NCBI RefSeq assembly: GCF_006345805.1
Contig: NW_021837018.1
Location: 1-28,051, forward strand
Source: Octopus sinensis
Lineage: Eukaryota
Length of the DNA: 28,051 nt
Reading direction: 5' to 3'
Shown one piece after another: positions 1-11,607 of the stretch. The notes beneath the pieces were generated by a model. The model made no database searches. It had not been told where the DNA came from and was given only the letters and a program-made list of their open reading frames with translations. How positions within the stretch are numbered: the first letter of the stretch is position 1; every line of letters starts with the position of its first letter. Made by a program: the position numbers and the translations under genes.

Positions 1-50
1 TTTTAATCTTTTTGCCCACTTGTTCTTTGATTTGTTTGTTAGTAAATCAA

Positions 51-311
51 GAAACTGAAACTGAAAGAAGCCCGTCGTTGTGTGTAAGTGTGTATATATG
101 TTTGTGTGTCTGTGTTTGTCTCTCCAACATTGCTTGACAACCGATACTCGTGTGTTTACCTCTCCGTAACTTAGAGGTTCGGCTAAAGAGACCGATAGAA
201 TAAGTACTATGCTTACAACGAATAAGTCCTGGGTCGATTTGCTCAACTAAATGTGATGCTCCAGCATGGCCGCAATCAAATAACTAAAACAAGTAAAAGA
301 GTAAAAGAGTA
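51..311 (+). mobile_element. SINE family A, 5'-truncated (3' part)
   Basis: Colinear with the full copies at 7236-7650 and 20212-20590 from GAAACTGAAAGAAGCCCGTCG through the TG microsatellite and CCGATAGAATAAGTACT to the GAGTAAAA tail. Confidence 0.9.
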
Positions 312-1147
312 TAAGAGTTTCATTACTTCTCGATTACACCTCACACACGCGCGCACGCACACACACACACACACACACACATATACATATACATCGCCCA
401 TAATATCGCCAGATACATCTCAGTGAACACATTGCGGAACAACTGGAACCACAATTCCTAATCTTCCCGTTATATCAATGTACTATTTGGACCTCAACAT
501 AAATGAGACCAAATAAAGAAGCCTCATCTATCGAAAGCTATAAGCCAGAACTGATATAAATCCATATTAATAATTACAGATTTATGCAAAACAACTTGGT
601 TACCAATTATCACCCCTAACGAACAAAATTTCTCATTTCGAATTGCATCAAACACTCAAAATTTGAAAAGCTTCTGCGAACTCGGTCATTTTGTTAGAGG
701 AAAAAAAATCTTATTTTTTATAATATTGTATAATACTTTCGCCATGACGACTTAAATATATTCTTTAGTCTCGTAAGACAAATCTCCTGTCTTTTCATCT
801 TATGATTTTCCTTGTGTATGTGTGCACGTGTGGAGGGTGGAGTTTTAAATTTTCCGAAGACAAAATAATGCATGTTAGGAAAAATTTACAAGCCGTATGG
901 TTTGTATTTTTACTTTGTATTTCAATACTCTAGGGTCAGGCGACCTTCTTCAAAAAATCTTCGGAGAAATGAGTAGCGAGCTAGGTTCCCAATTCTGTAG
1001 CGCGTGTGTATATGAAAAGTTGCCTTACATGCGCAGCATAACGTTGCAATACTTTCTATTGTTAATATGTGAACTGGTATTGCTAATTAAGATAGCCTCT
1101 TTCATTCTCAGGTTCCCGATATTTCATTCAATATGTGCAATATATTT

Positions 1148-1240
1148 ATGTGTATGTATGTATGTATGTATGTATGTATGTATGTATGTATGTATGTATG
1201 CATGCATGTTTGTATGTATGTATGTATGTATGTATGTATG
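1148..1240. repeat. (TATG)n microsatellite
   Basis: Direct reading. Confidence 0.95.
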
Positions 1241-1476
1241 ATTTTTTGGACTACTTCGTGTAATTGCGAATACAAAAGTTTGGTACGAGCTCTTCTAAGA
1301 TTTTCCAGATGTATATTACTGCGTATCTCTCACGCTTTCGTTATATATGTGTGTGTGTGTGTATGTGTGTGTATGTATGTATATATGTATTAATTTACGT
1401 ATATATATATATATATAATCATATATATAAAGATGCGTGTATCTGTGTGTGATCTTGTATGTATATGTGGACATGC

Positions 1477-1512
<36 letters not shown>

Positions 1513-1693
1513 ATTGTTTATGCGTGTGTATGATTAAAATGTCTTCTAAAAAAGAAGAAATGTTTCAATTTAGCTAAATTTCCCTGAATCAATGAGTATT
1601 TATTATGTCCGTTATCGTCCGGTGTCTGTTATAAGACGTGTGACGACTGCTGGAGTTCGTTTTGTTATGGTCATGTTGGAGAACCCAATGCAC

Positions 1694-1695
<2 letters not shown>

Positions 1696-1759
<64 letters not shown>
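1696..1759. repeat. (CA)n microsatellite
   Basis: Direct reading. Confidence 0.95.
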
Positions 1760-1762
<3 letters not shown>

Positions 1763-1820
1763 AAGAAATCATGTCTGTACGTGTGGGTGTGTATCTGTGC
1801 TTTTATGTATACATACATGA

Positions 1821-1871
<51 letters not shown>

Positions 1872-2467
1872 CATACACATATATTATATATATATATAAA
1901 TTGAGACAAATATATGTGTGTGTGTGTCTTATACATATATATTATGCATATGTCTATATACCTATTCTTGTATGTATATACATATATATATTTATATATA
2001 TTTATATGTATTATATTATATTACGTATTATACATGTACATACGTATATATATGCATATGTATGTGTACACGTCTATGTTTCTGTATGTATGTATTGCTG
2101 TATATACATACATTGGGATCGGTCTTCAGGTTGGAAAAAATGACTACAAATCATTCAGATTTCCTGTGTGTATATATTTTAGTTTCTTAAACGTGACAAC
2201 AGAAAAAAGATAGTCAAGTTTGTATTGGCGCCTGTCTGTATATGTGTATTTCTGTCACTCCCTCTTTCTCTCTCGCTCCGCATTCTTCCTCACTCTCCCT
2301 TCGCCTCCTTCCATTCTTCTCCCCCTTCCCCCTTCGCTCTCCTCCTCTCCCTCCCTTCCTCTCTCTCCTGCTCTCTCTTTTTGCGCTCTTTTTTTGCGTG
2401 TGCGCATTTACGTACACATGAAAATGTACAGTTGTAAATATATACAAATATATACACAAAGATTGAC

Positions 2468-2507
<40 letters not shown>

Positions 2508-2689
2508 TCGTACATGCATATATTCGAGTATCTATACATACATATATACATATATACATACATAAATATATAGACATACATATATGCATACAGTCGTACA
2601 TACCCACATATATATATACGTTCACACGTACATATATACATGCATACAAGCATATTTACATAGGCATACACATATAGACATAAATTCAT

Positions 2690-3460
2690 ATACACCTACA
2701 TACATGCATACATACATACGTACGTGCGTACGTACGTACATACATATATACATAATACATACATACGTACGTACATACACACATACACACATACATACAT
2801 ACATACATACATACATACATACATACATACATACGTACGTACGTACATACATACATACATACATACATACATACATACGTACGTACATACATACATACAT
2901 ACATACATACATACGTACGTACATACATACGTACGTACATACATACATACATACGTACATACGTACATACATACAAACATACATACATACGTACATACAT
3001 ACCTACGTACATACATACATACATACATACATACATACATACATACATACATACATACATACATACATACATACGTACATACATACATACATACATACAT
3101 GCATACGTACATACGTACGTACATACATACATACATACATACATACATACATACAAACATACATACATACATACATACATACATACGTATACATACATAC
3201 ATACATACATACATACATACATACATACATACGTACATACGTACGTACATACATACATACATACATACATACATACATACAAACATACATACATACATAC
3301 ATACATACATACATACATACATGCATACATACATACATGCATACATACATACATGCATACATACATACATACATACATACATACATACATACATACATAC
3401 ATACATACATACATACATACATACATACATACATACATACATACATGCATACATACATAC
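2690..3460. repeat. Long (TACA)n microsatellite with TACG/TGCA/AACA variant units
   Basis: ~770 bp tetranucleotide array; accounts for the YIHT/MYVC ORFs. Confidence 0.97.
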
Positions 3461-3977
3461 GCATTCTGCCAAACAAACGTCTTGTGTCACAGTAAAGGAA
3501 ATTAATAAATGTCTATTTAAAAAAAAAAAAACAGATTTCTGAAAGAATAAACCAGTAAGTATACAATAGATTTATAGAAGACGGTGGGTAGGAGTAGATG
3601 GACAAGAGAAGGATAGAGAGGGACAGACGGAGAGAGGGAAGGAGAGGTAAGAAGAACATAGAGGAATATATAGAAGAGAAAGGGTGAAAGAGAGGATGAA
3701 AGAAACAAAGAAAGAGTTGAAGAGAGTGGGAGTGACAGTGAACAGCACACAAAAATAGATTCCGAATTATCATTGGATGAACATAACTAAAACATGTCGG
3801 TTCTTTTTTTTTATTTAAAACATATTTTTTCGTTATACTTTTTTTTTCTATTGTGTATGTGTGTGCGTATGTATACATGTTTATCATATATTGATATATA
3901 CATATTGAGAACGCATACAGAAAAATATTTATGTATGTCTGGACATTATATATATTCACACACACATACACAAACAT

Positions 3978-4328
3978 ACTCTCTTTTACGCTTTTGTTCT
4001 TTTACTTGATTCAGTCATTTGATTGCGGCCATGCTGGAGCACCGTCTTTAGTCGAACGAGTTGACCCCGCCAAGACTTATGTTTTATAAGCCCAGCCCTT
4101 ATTCTATCGGCCTCTTTAGCCAAACCGGTAGGTTATGGGGAGATAGATACACCAACATCGGTTGTCAAGCAATGGTAGGGGGGGACAACGACCGGCTTCA
4201 TTCAGTTTCCTCTACCAAATCCACTCATAAGGCTTTGGTCGGCCCGAGGTTATAGTAGAAGATACTTGCTCAAGGTCCCATGCAATGGAACTCAACAAAG
4301 TTCATACCACACAGCCACACCTGCGCTT
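3978..4328 (-). mobile_element. SINE family A, diverged, internal microsatellite absent
   Basis: Reverse complement matches the family A tail, body and head (CACAGCCACACCTGCGC near 4310-4326). Confidence 0.85.
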
Positions 4329-4433
4329 ATGCATACATATATACATACATACATACATACATACATGCATGCATGCATGCATGCATACATACATATATAT
4401 ATATTATATCTATATTATATATATATATTTATA

Positions 4434-4520
4434 AAAGGCTTGCATCCCAAACACATGGTTACGACTTCAGTCCCACCGCGTGCCACCTGGGGCAATTGTC
4501 TTCCACTGTAGCCTCGAGCC
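4434..4520 (+). mobile_element. SINE family A 5' fragment
   Basis: CACATGGTTACGACTTCAGTCCCACCGCGTGCCACCTGGGGCAA matches the family A head/CORE-like part. Confidence 0.75.
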
Positions 4521-4524
4521 CACT

Positions 4525-4683
4525 GGCTTCTTTCAGTTTCCGTCTACCAAATCCACTCACAAGGCTTTGGTCGGCTCGAGGTTACAGTAGAATACACCTG
4601 CCCAACGTGCCACGCAGTGGGACTGAACCCGAAACCATGTGGTTGGAAAGCAAGTTTCTTAACACACACCCATTCCCGCGCCT
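4525..4683 (-). mobile_element. SINE family A 5' half
   Basis: Reverse complement matches approximately 20212-20370. Confidence 0.85.
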
Positions 4684-5125
4684 ATCATGTACATAATAAA
4701 TTTTTCAAGAGCCGATTGAATCAGATATTTAATGAGTAAGAGCCAGGGGATAGTGCACCAGTGCAATGACAATGTGTGCTGACACATACGTACTCACTGA
4801 ATTAAATACGGATCTGTCATTGCAGCTATACACATAGTTACATGTACTGACAGAATACACAACGTGTACTCTGGGTACACAAGGGTACACACAAGGGTGT
4901 ACACACAAGTCACACAAGGGTACACACGTATTCCACGTTTCCAACCGTTTCAGTCTGGAGTATACATAATATATATTGATAAATAGATAGCTAGTTAGAT
5001 GCATACATGCATACATATGTATATATATTATTTATTTATATATATATATAAATGTGTGTGTGCATATATATACATATATATATTATAATATATATATATA
5101 TATATATAATATATATAAATGTATG

Positions 5126-5157
<32 letters not shown>

Positions 5158-5280
5158 TATATCATATATACTATATATATGTATATATAAGTATTAATGG
5201 CGGTGCCCAGCATGGCCACAGCTCATTAGCTTGACAAACTGGAAACTCAATCAAAATCAATATAATTATATATATATATT

Positions 5281-5449
5281 TATATATAGAGGGCATCTAT
5301 ACATACAGCCAGACGCATTATCATACGGATCACATACATGCCAAACGCTAAGAGGGACAATCAGTCATTTCTACCAAAAATGTCCCTCTTAGCGTTTGCA
5401 TGTATGTATAATGCCGTCTGGCATGTATGTATAATGCCCTCTATATATA
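5281..5449. repeat. Imperfect inverted repeat (arms ~5281-5359 and 5381-5449, 21-nt spacer) within a (TA)n-flanked insert
   Basis: TATATATAGAGGGCAT...AAACGCTAAGAGGGACA versus TGTCCCTCTTAGCGTTT...ATGCCCTCTATATATA. Confidence 0.85.
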
Positions 5450-5660
5450 AATTAATATGTTCAATAGAAATAATTATTTTCGAAATTTTTTTCTTTATGA
5501 GGTTTTTACGCTATCTACCTGACAATTTCTTGTTAAGTTTTCCTTATTAAGTAGTTTGTCCTAATTGCTAAATATATATATATATAATATTTTATATATA
5601 TATATATATATAATATAATATATATATATATATATATACATATATATTATACATATATAT

Positions 5661-5875
5661 AATAGTTATCAAAACAAGAAAGCACACAGGAAAAACAATA
5701 ACGCGAGACGTAGGGATATAAAAATAAAGTATTATTGGACGCTCGGAAATAAGGGAATAAGGAGGGTCAACGTTTCGAGCGGAGCTCTTCGTCGGGGAAC
5801 ATAGGAGAAGAAAAGATCCCAAGGAAAAAAAGACAGAGGAAAAAAATCGCCAGCGGGTAATCACGAGGTTACATA
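5661..5875 (-). mobile_element. Short (TA)n-embedded non-coding element carrying a degenerate hammerhead (PLE pLTR/retrozyme-like)
   Basis: Complex ~215 bp island between two (TA)n tracts, containing the HHR-like motif at 5764-5800. Confidence 0.55.
5764..5800 (-). ncRNA. Degenerate minimal type I hammerhead ribozyme
   Basis: Minus strand reads GTTCC-CCGACGA-A-GAGC-TCC-GCTC-GAAAC-GTT-GACC: perfect 4-bp stem II, GAAA core, palindromic AACGTT stem III. The CUGANGA core has a U>C change and stem I is poor. Confidence 0.6.
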
Positions 5876-6477
5876 TTGTATATATTATATATATATATAT
5901 ACATATATATACATGATATATATAGTATATATATCATATATTATATATTATATATAAATATATATATATGTATATATAATATATATATATATGATATATA
6001 TATTATATAATATATCTAGATATATATATATATATTTATATACATAATATATACACACATATATATATATATATGTATATATACGTGTGTGTGTGTGTTG
6101 TGTGTGTGTATAGGTAGTGAGAGAACGATAAAATTTATCTGACACCCCAAAATAAAATATAATAAAAAATATCAGGATACGCAAAACTATCATGAGTTTT
6201 AAATTTTCATGATATTCTTAACGTCAATAATCCACCCAAAACTAAATTTACCTGGATTACTGACAATATCGAGTAAACATATTAAGTGTATTATAGACAT
6301 TGTGTATTTTATAGAATTCTAATACTTTATATATTAGATTTATGCTCAGCTATATTATATTAATATTTATATTACGTATTGCTTTTCGAAGAAACATCTT
6401 TTAGACTATTGTAGATTTTGTTTGGGTTTTAGAACGATTCCTATTATACATAGATATGTTATGTGGTTATCTTTATA

Positions 6478-6855
6478 TCTTTGTATATAAAAGAGAGGTT
6501 GTGTGGTGTCTGTCTCCTACGATTTAGATTCCTAACTACTCCCACATTTTGCGGTGCAGTTTAACTAAAACCTGGTATCTTATAGTCGTGATTCATATCG
6601 AGCCCTTCTGGGTATTAGCGCGCGTCTACGATGAGTCTACGATTTTAAAAAAATTTACCATCAATTTTTCCCATTTTTTAATGCATTTTTGGCATATATA
6701 AGGGAAGTAACTCTCTAAAAAATTATTATTAAATCTCAGAACGTAAAAAGCTACAGTAACACCCCATTGAGATGGCTATTATACTTTACATCTCTAAAAA
6801 TGCTTATATAGTTATTTCCCTTACAAACCCGAGCAACGCCGGGCGATACTGCTAG
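6478..6855 (+). mobile_element. Non-autonomous Helitron, copy 1
   Basis: Starts A|TCT, ends CTAG|T, GC-rich subterminal hairpin CCCGAGCAACGCCGGG at 6828-6843, no TSD; second copy at 21084-21448. Confidence 0.85.
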
Positions 6856-6868
6856 TTTAGAATATTTA

Positions 6869-7216
6869 GAAAGCGAAGGATCGTGGCTTTATTGGGCTAT
6901 TCGCTCACGATCGTAACGTTGTGTGTTCGATTTCTGGCGGCGTGGCGTGCCCTTGAGCAAGACACTTTATTTCACGTTGCTCCAGATGGGGACATAAGTA
7001 GTATCTGTATTTCAAATTGTCAATGTTATCACATTCTGTGTCACGCTGACTTTCCCTGAGAACTACGTTAACGGTTGGCAAACGTGTCTGTGGAATGCTC
7101 GGCTACTTGCACGTTAGTTTCACGAGCAGGCTGTTCCCTTGATCGGATCATCAAGAACCATCATCGTTGTAACCAACAGAGTGGAAATTTTTTTTGTTTC
7201 GTTTCGATTTTTTTTT
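6869..7216 (+). mobile_element. tRNA-derived SINE (family B1), diverged, with 13-bp target-site duplication
   Basis: B-box-like GTTCGATT; CCTTGAGCAAGACACTT CORE/Meta-like box; 3' part homologous to 24789-24962; TTTAGAATATTTA repeated at 6856-6868 and 7217-7229. Confidence 0.8.
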
Positions 7217-7235
7217 TTTAGAATATTTAATAATA

Positions 7236-7650
7236 GGCGCAGGAGTTGCTGTGTTGTAAGTAGCTTGCTTACCAATCACATGTTTCCGGGTTCACTCCCA
7301 CTGCGTGGCACCTTGGGCAAGTGTCTTCTACTATAGCCTCGGACCGACCAAAGACTTTTGAGTGGATTTGGTAGACAGAAACTGAAAAAAGCCCGTCCTA
7401 TATGTGTATATATATATATGTGTGTGTGTTGTGTGTCTGTGATTGTCCCCCACAACATTGCTTGACAACCGATGCTGGTGTGTTTACGTCCCCGTAACTT
7501 AGCGTTTCGGCAAATGACACCGATAGAATAAGTACTAGGCTAACAAAGAATAAGCGCTGGGGTCGATTTCTTCGACTAAAGGCGGTGCTCCAGCATTGCC
7601 GCAGTCAAATGACTGAAACAAGTAATAGAGTAAAAGAGTAAAGAGAGTAA
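7236..7650 (+). mobile_element. SINE family A, full length
   Basis: GGCGCAGGAG head with A/B-box-like motifs (GGTTCACTCCC), CCTTGGGCAAGT, internal (TA)(TG) tract, GAGTAAAA tail. Confidence 0.92.
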
Positions 7651-8193
7651 TAAATTTAAAAGGAATAATTCGTAATGCTTGTCTTCTGTGTTACATGCCT
7701 GTTCTCTGGATCACATGTTGTACACAGCACAGATTACTTATATCTCTAGCATCAATACATCGTATCTAATATTCCTTCTCAATTTTCTTTCAACCACCCG
7801 AATAACATGGGACTTATTAAAGGAAAGCTTCATATGTCTCAGAACGTATGGGACAAGCATGGACGCTTAGGACCAACGAATGAAAATGCTTCGGACAGAC
7901 AAAGGATTAATGCTAGTTAAAATGATGGCTGATAGATCTGTTGATCCTTTTGGTGTTCCCTGATGTTACTGGTGAGAAAAGAGACTCTAACTTTTGTAGG
8001 TAATTCTTAGTGGAACTAGTATACCATGTAACTTAATTAGGTTGTAGTAGCTGGGATGTAGCTTCTGCAGAATGATGGTAAGACATGAGTGTATTGGCAT
8101 CAATGTATGAAGGTGTTCTTGTTTTCTGTAGGTGTCGTAAATTCTTGTAGCTATATAATTGTAATATGTATACCCTTCCTTAAAAATTTATAT

Positions 8194-8226
<33 letters not shown>

Positions 8227-8334
8227 GTATGCTGTGGTATATATTATAAATTAAATAATAAGGGGAAATTGATGTTGATCAATTAAAACCAGTGACTTAG
8301 ATTTATTAAAAAATCCGAAGATTAATTGTGTTAC

Positions 8335-8559
8335 ATACAAAATTAAGAGGAATGACCACTAACGTGGACACCCTATATGCTAAACATAGACGTCAACTCG
8401 CCATTACCACGAAGAATGTGTTCTCAATAAAAAAAATCTCAGCAAAAACATCAAAACATGAGATTCTTTTTTTTTTCTTGAGAACACATTTTTGTGGTCA
8501 TGGCGATTTGACGTCTATGTTTGGCATATAGTGTGTCCAATTTAGTGGTCATTTTTAAT

Positions 8560-8566
<7 letters not shown>
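8335..8566. repeat. Imperfect inverted repeat, ~107-bp arms (8335-8441 and 8459-8566), between (TA)n tracts
   Basis: AATGACCACTAACGTGGACACCCTATATGCTAAACATAGACGTCAA versus TTGACGTCTATGTTTGGCATATAGTGTGTCCAATTTAGTGGTCATT; also visible as two similar opposite-strand ORFs (DTLYAKHRRQ). Confidence 0.9.
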
Positions 8567-8598
<32 letters not shown>

Positions 8599-8730
8599 TC
8601 TATATATATATATCTATATAATATACAATACATAATATTAAATTAGAGACAAAACCACTATTTTGCAAAACAACAAGGAAAGGACTTAATCAATACATAA
8701 AAATTTTATAAAAGTAAAAACAACCAACCG

Positions 8731-8772
8731 CCACTACATTGTTTCATGTCTTGAACGACAATCTTCAGGTGG
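8731..8772 (-). ncRNA. Minimal type I hammerhead ribozyme
   Basis: Minus strand reads CCAC-CTGAAGA-T-TGTC-GTTCAA-GACA-T-GAAAC-AAT-GTA^GTGG: stem I CCAC/GTGG, intact CUGANGA and GAAA cores, stem II TGTC/GACA, 2-bp stem III, GUA triplet (predicted cut between 8735 and 8734). Confidence 0.85.
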
Positions 8773-9169
8773 GATTTCCGATCTACAAATATCATATTTT
8801 TAAAATATAAGTATAAAAAATAATTTTTAAAAATAATACAGTATCAATGAATATATAATCTATACTATAAACTATATATAAATCCATATACATCAATAAT
8901 AAACTAAATAAACCTATCAACATATAAATATAAAACAAAATAAAAAATAAACTATATATACAACCCACACATATAACTAAGTATATAATAACCATATCTA
9001 CATACATACACTAACTCACCACCTAAATATATATCCCTATACATACCACCTAAAACGTCTAGGCAACGATAATAAATAAATAAAATAGCCAAATACTTCA
9101 ACACAAATACTTATTCATACTCCCTCCACACACACCATACAACCCCTTCATCAACAATATCGTATACCC

Positions 9170-11170
9170 GCTCACACATACATATACAAACATACAGAAC
9201 TCGATATATACAACCATATATTCACACCCACATCTATAGCCGATAAATAATTACGCAAACAATCACACAAACACACCCACACACATTCACACAATACATA
9301 AACACTCAAAAGAAAAAAACAATTCTTTGCACGTGGTGATCGAACGTTTTTTTTTTTTAAAGTTATGAATGGAATAATAATATAAACAACTTAAATATAC
9401 AGAATTTACTACAAATCATTAATAAACCATCATGATAAATGAAACCCATATACATATAATGAATAAAACTAACTAACTCTTTAACATACACAATTATACC
9501 TATATAGCAATCTCCATATATACATTCACACACCAAAGATTACATACGTAAAACACACACATACACACAACATATACGTATAACCCCCTCACATATACAT
9601 ATACATACGTACTAAACTCGATATATACAACAATATGTTCACACCAACACTCATAATATAAATAAATTAACACAACTAAAATAAACGCACACACACACAC
9701 CACACACCATTCACATCACATTACTAAACTACACACAATAACGATATATAAAACACTTCATAAGTAACCAGAATATCATAGGTAACAGATTACATAAGGA
9801 GAAAAAATATACATACTTTCAAATCAGTTTCAATTTATGAAGTGAAATTAAACTCTAGCCGTTAAAAACGTCAAACAAAATTACGTTACCATAGGAACCT
9901 AACATATGTATAAAAAGTATTCGCGCTCTGGAACGAACGTCCGTCATTTAAAATTATGATGGAATAAATGGAATAAATGGAATTAAAAAATTATCTTCCA
10001 CGTGGTAAACGAACATTACTTAAAAATTATGAATGGAATAATGTAAATAAAATAAAAAACATAAATAGACATAAAATACTACAAAATTCTTTAATAAAAC
10101 TACCATGATAAACTAAAACTCATAAATAACATATATGATAAAACCTCCCTTTACTAAACACTATAACATACCTATAGAGCAAACCCCTAACTATACATTC
10201 ACACAAAAGCACACACGTAAACCCACACACCCACGACATATACAATACCCACCTCACTCACACATACCTATACATACGTATAAACCTCGACTATCACCAC
10301 AATTCACTCGACAATACACGAAAAATTCACCCCACACCCATACAGATAAATAACCATATCTCCTTAAAAATGGGTGCAATCTCACACGCACATCTCATGC
10401 ATGTATACAAGTGCATACACAAGCACACACTTTTACATAGCACTGCACTCCCACATCTACACATGCACTTATACACGCGCACACATACACACACACCCAT
10501 GCAACATACATATTCACGGACACTCTCCTAGACATCCAATATACGTATAAATGGCTCCAAGACCGTACCCAATAAAAAAACTACCATGAGCAACAAACCA
10601 AGCCATAATGCATGGGGACTAAAATACTAAAAAATTCTAAATAAAATAATCATGATAAAGGAAATCCATACATACAATAAAAACCCCTTACCAAAAAACA
10701 ATACACACAAATACACACACATATACACCAACACCCACAAACATAACCATATACACACTCTCACAAACATATACATACTTACAAACCTCGATAGATACAC
10801 CAATTATTCCATTCCCACACTCATAAATTATTAAATAAATACATATACAAACATAAAACATATATATATAAAATATATAGATAAGATATCATTCACACTA
10901 AACATCACATACACATATATATAAGAAACATCTTTCAAAAAAGTAAATATATATTTATATTTATATATGAGTGTGTACACGCAGACGGGTGCAAACACAC
11001 GCACATCAAAACATTCATGTATACACATGCATAAATAATCCCACTCAATTACATAGCACTCATACACTCCCGCATCTACACTTGCACTTGTAACACACGC
11101 ACCCATGCATACACACCCATACCTACATATTCACGGACAATCTCCCCAAATATCTATATACACGTGTATT
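9170..11170. repeat. Diverged tandem duplications (~600-670 bp period) within the PLE 3' UTR
   Basis: 9320-9620 resembles 9990-10290 (CACGTGGT..CGAAC..TTATGAATGGAATAA..CATGATAAA); 10372-10545 resembles 10987-11165 (GGGTGCAA..TACATAGCACT..CATATTCACGGACA); an AACTCGA/AACCTCGA anchor recurs near 9200, 9618, 10285 and 10787. Confidence 0.8.
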
Positions 11171-11607
11171 ATAACAGACAATACCCAAATAAAAACTGTC
11201 AATTCAACATACCAAATAAAAGATACAAAGGGATCGTAAACATTCACACACATACATACAAAACTCAATCAATACACCACTAAATACAACCCAATCATCC
11301 ATAAATATATCCTCAAATATACATATAACATATTACATAATAAAAATAATAAAATAAAATAAATAAATAAGTAAGAAAATAAAATAAATCTAATATCAAA
11401 TATTAAAGTTATAACGTACCATAACTGTTATATATTATATACAATAAAAAAAAATGAACTATTCAAAGAACTTCAATTAAAGAACTAACTATAATTAAAG
11501 CCTAGACTCACATAACTAAATATATATAAAACTCTAAACTAAATTTTAATATAAAACTAAAGTACCCTTTAATAGGGAACTATTATTGTTTATTTATCAT
11601 AAACTTA

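Noticed and set aside
2584-3542. Long ORFs (254-303 aa) of YIHT/MYVC repeats
   Set aside because: Translations of the stop-free (TACA)n microsatellite, open on both strands
4855-4930. ACACAAGGGT short repeat as a possible interspaced array
   Set aside because: Simple degenerate 10-12 bp tandem repeat without unique spacers
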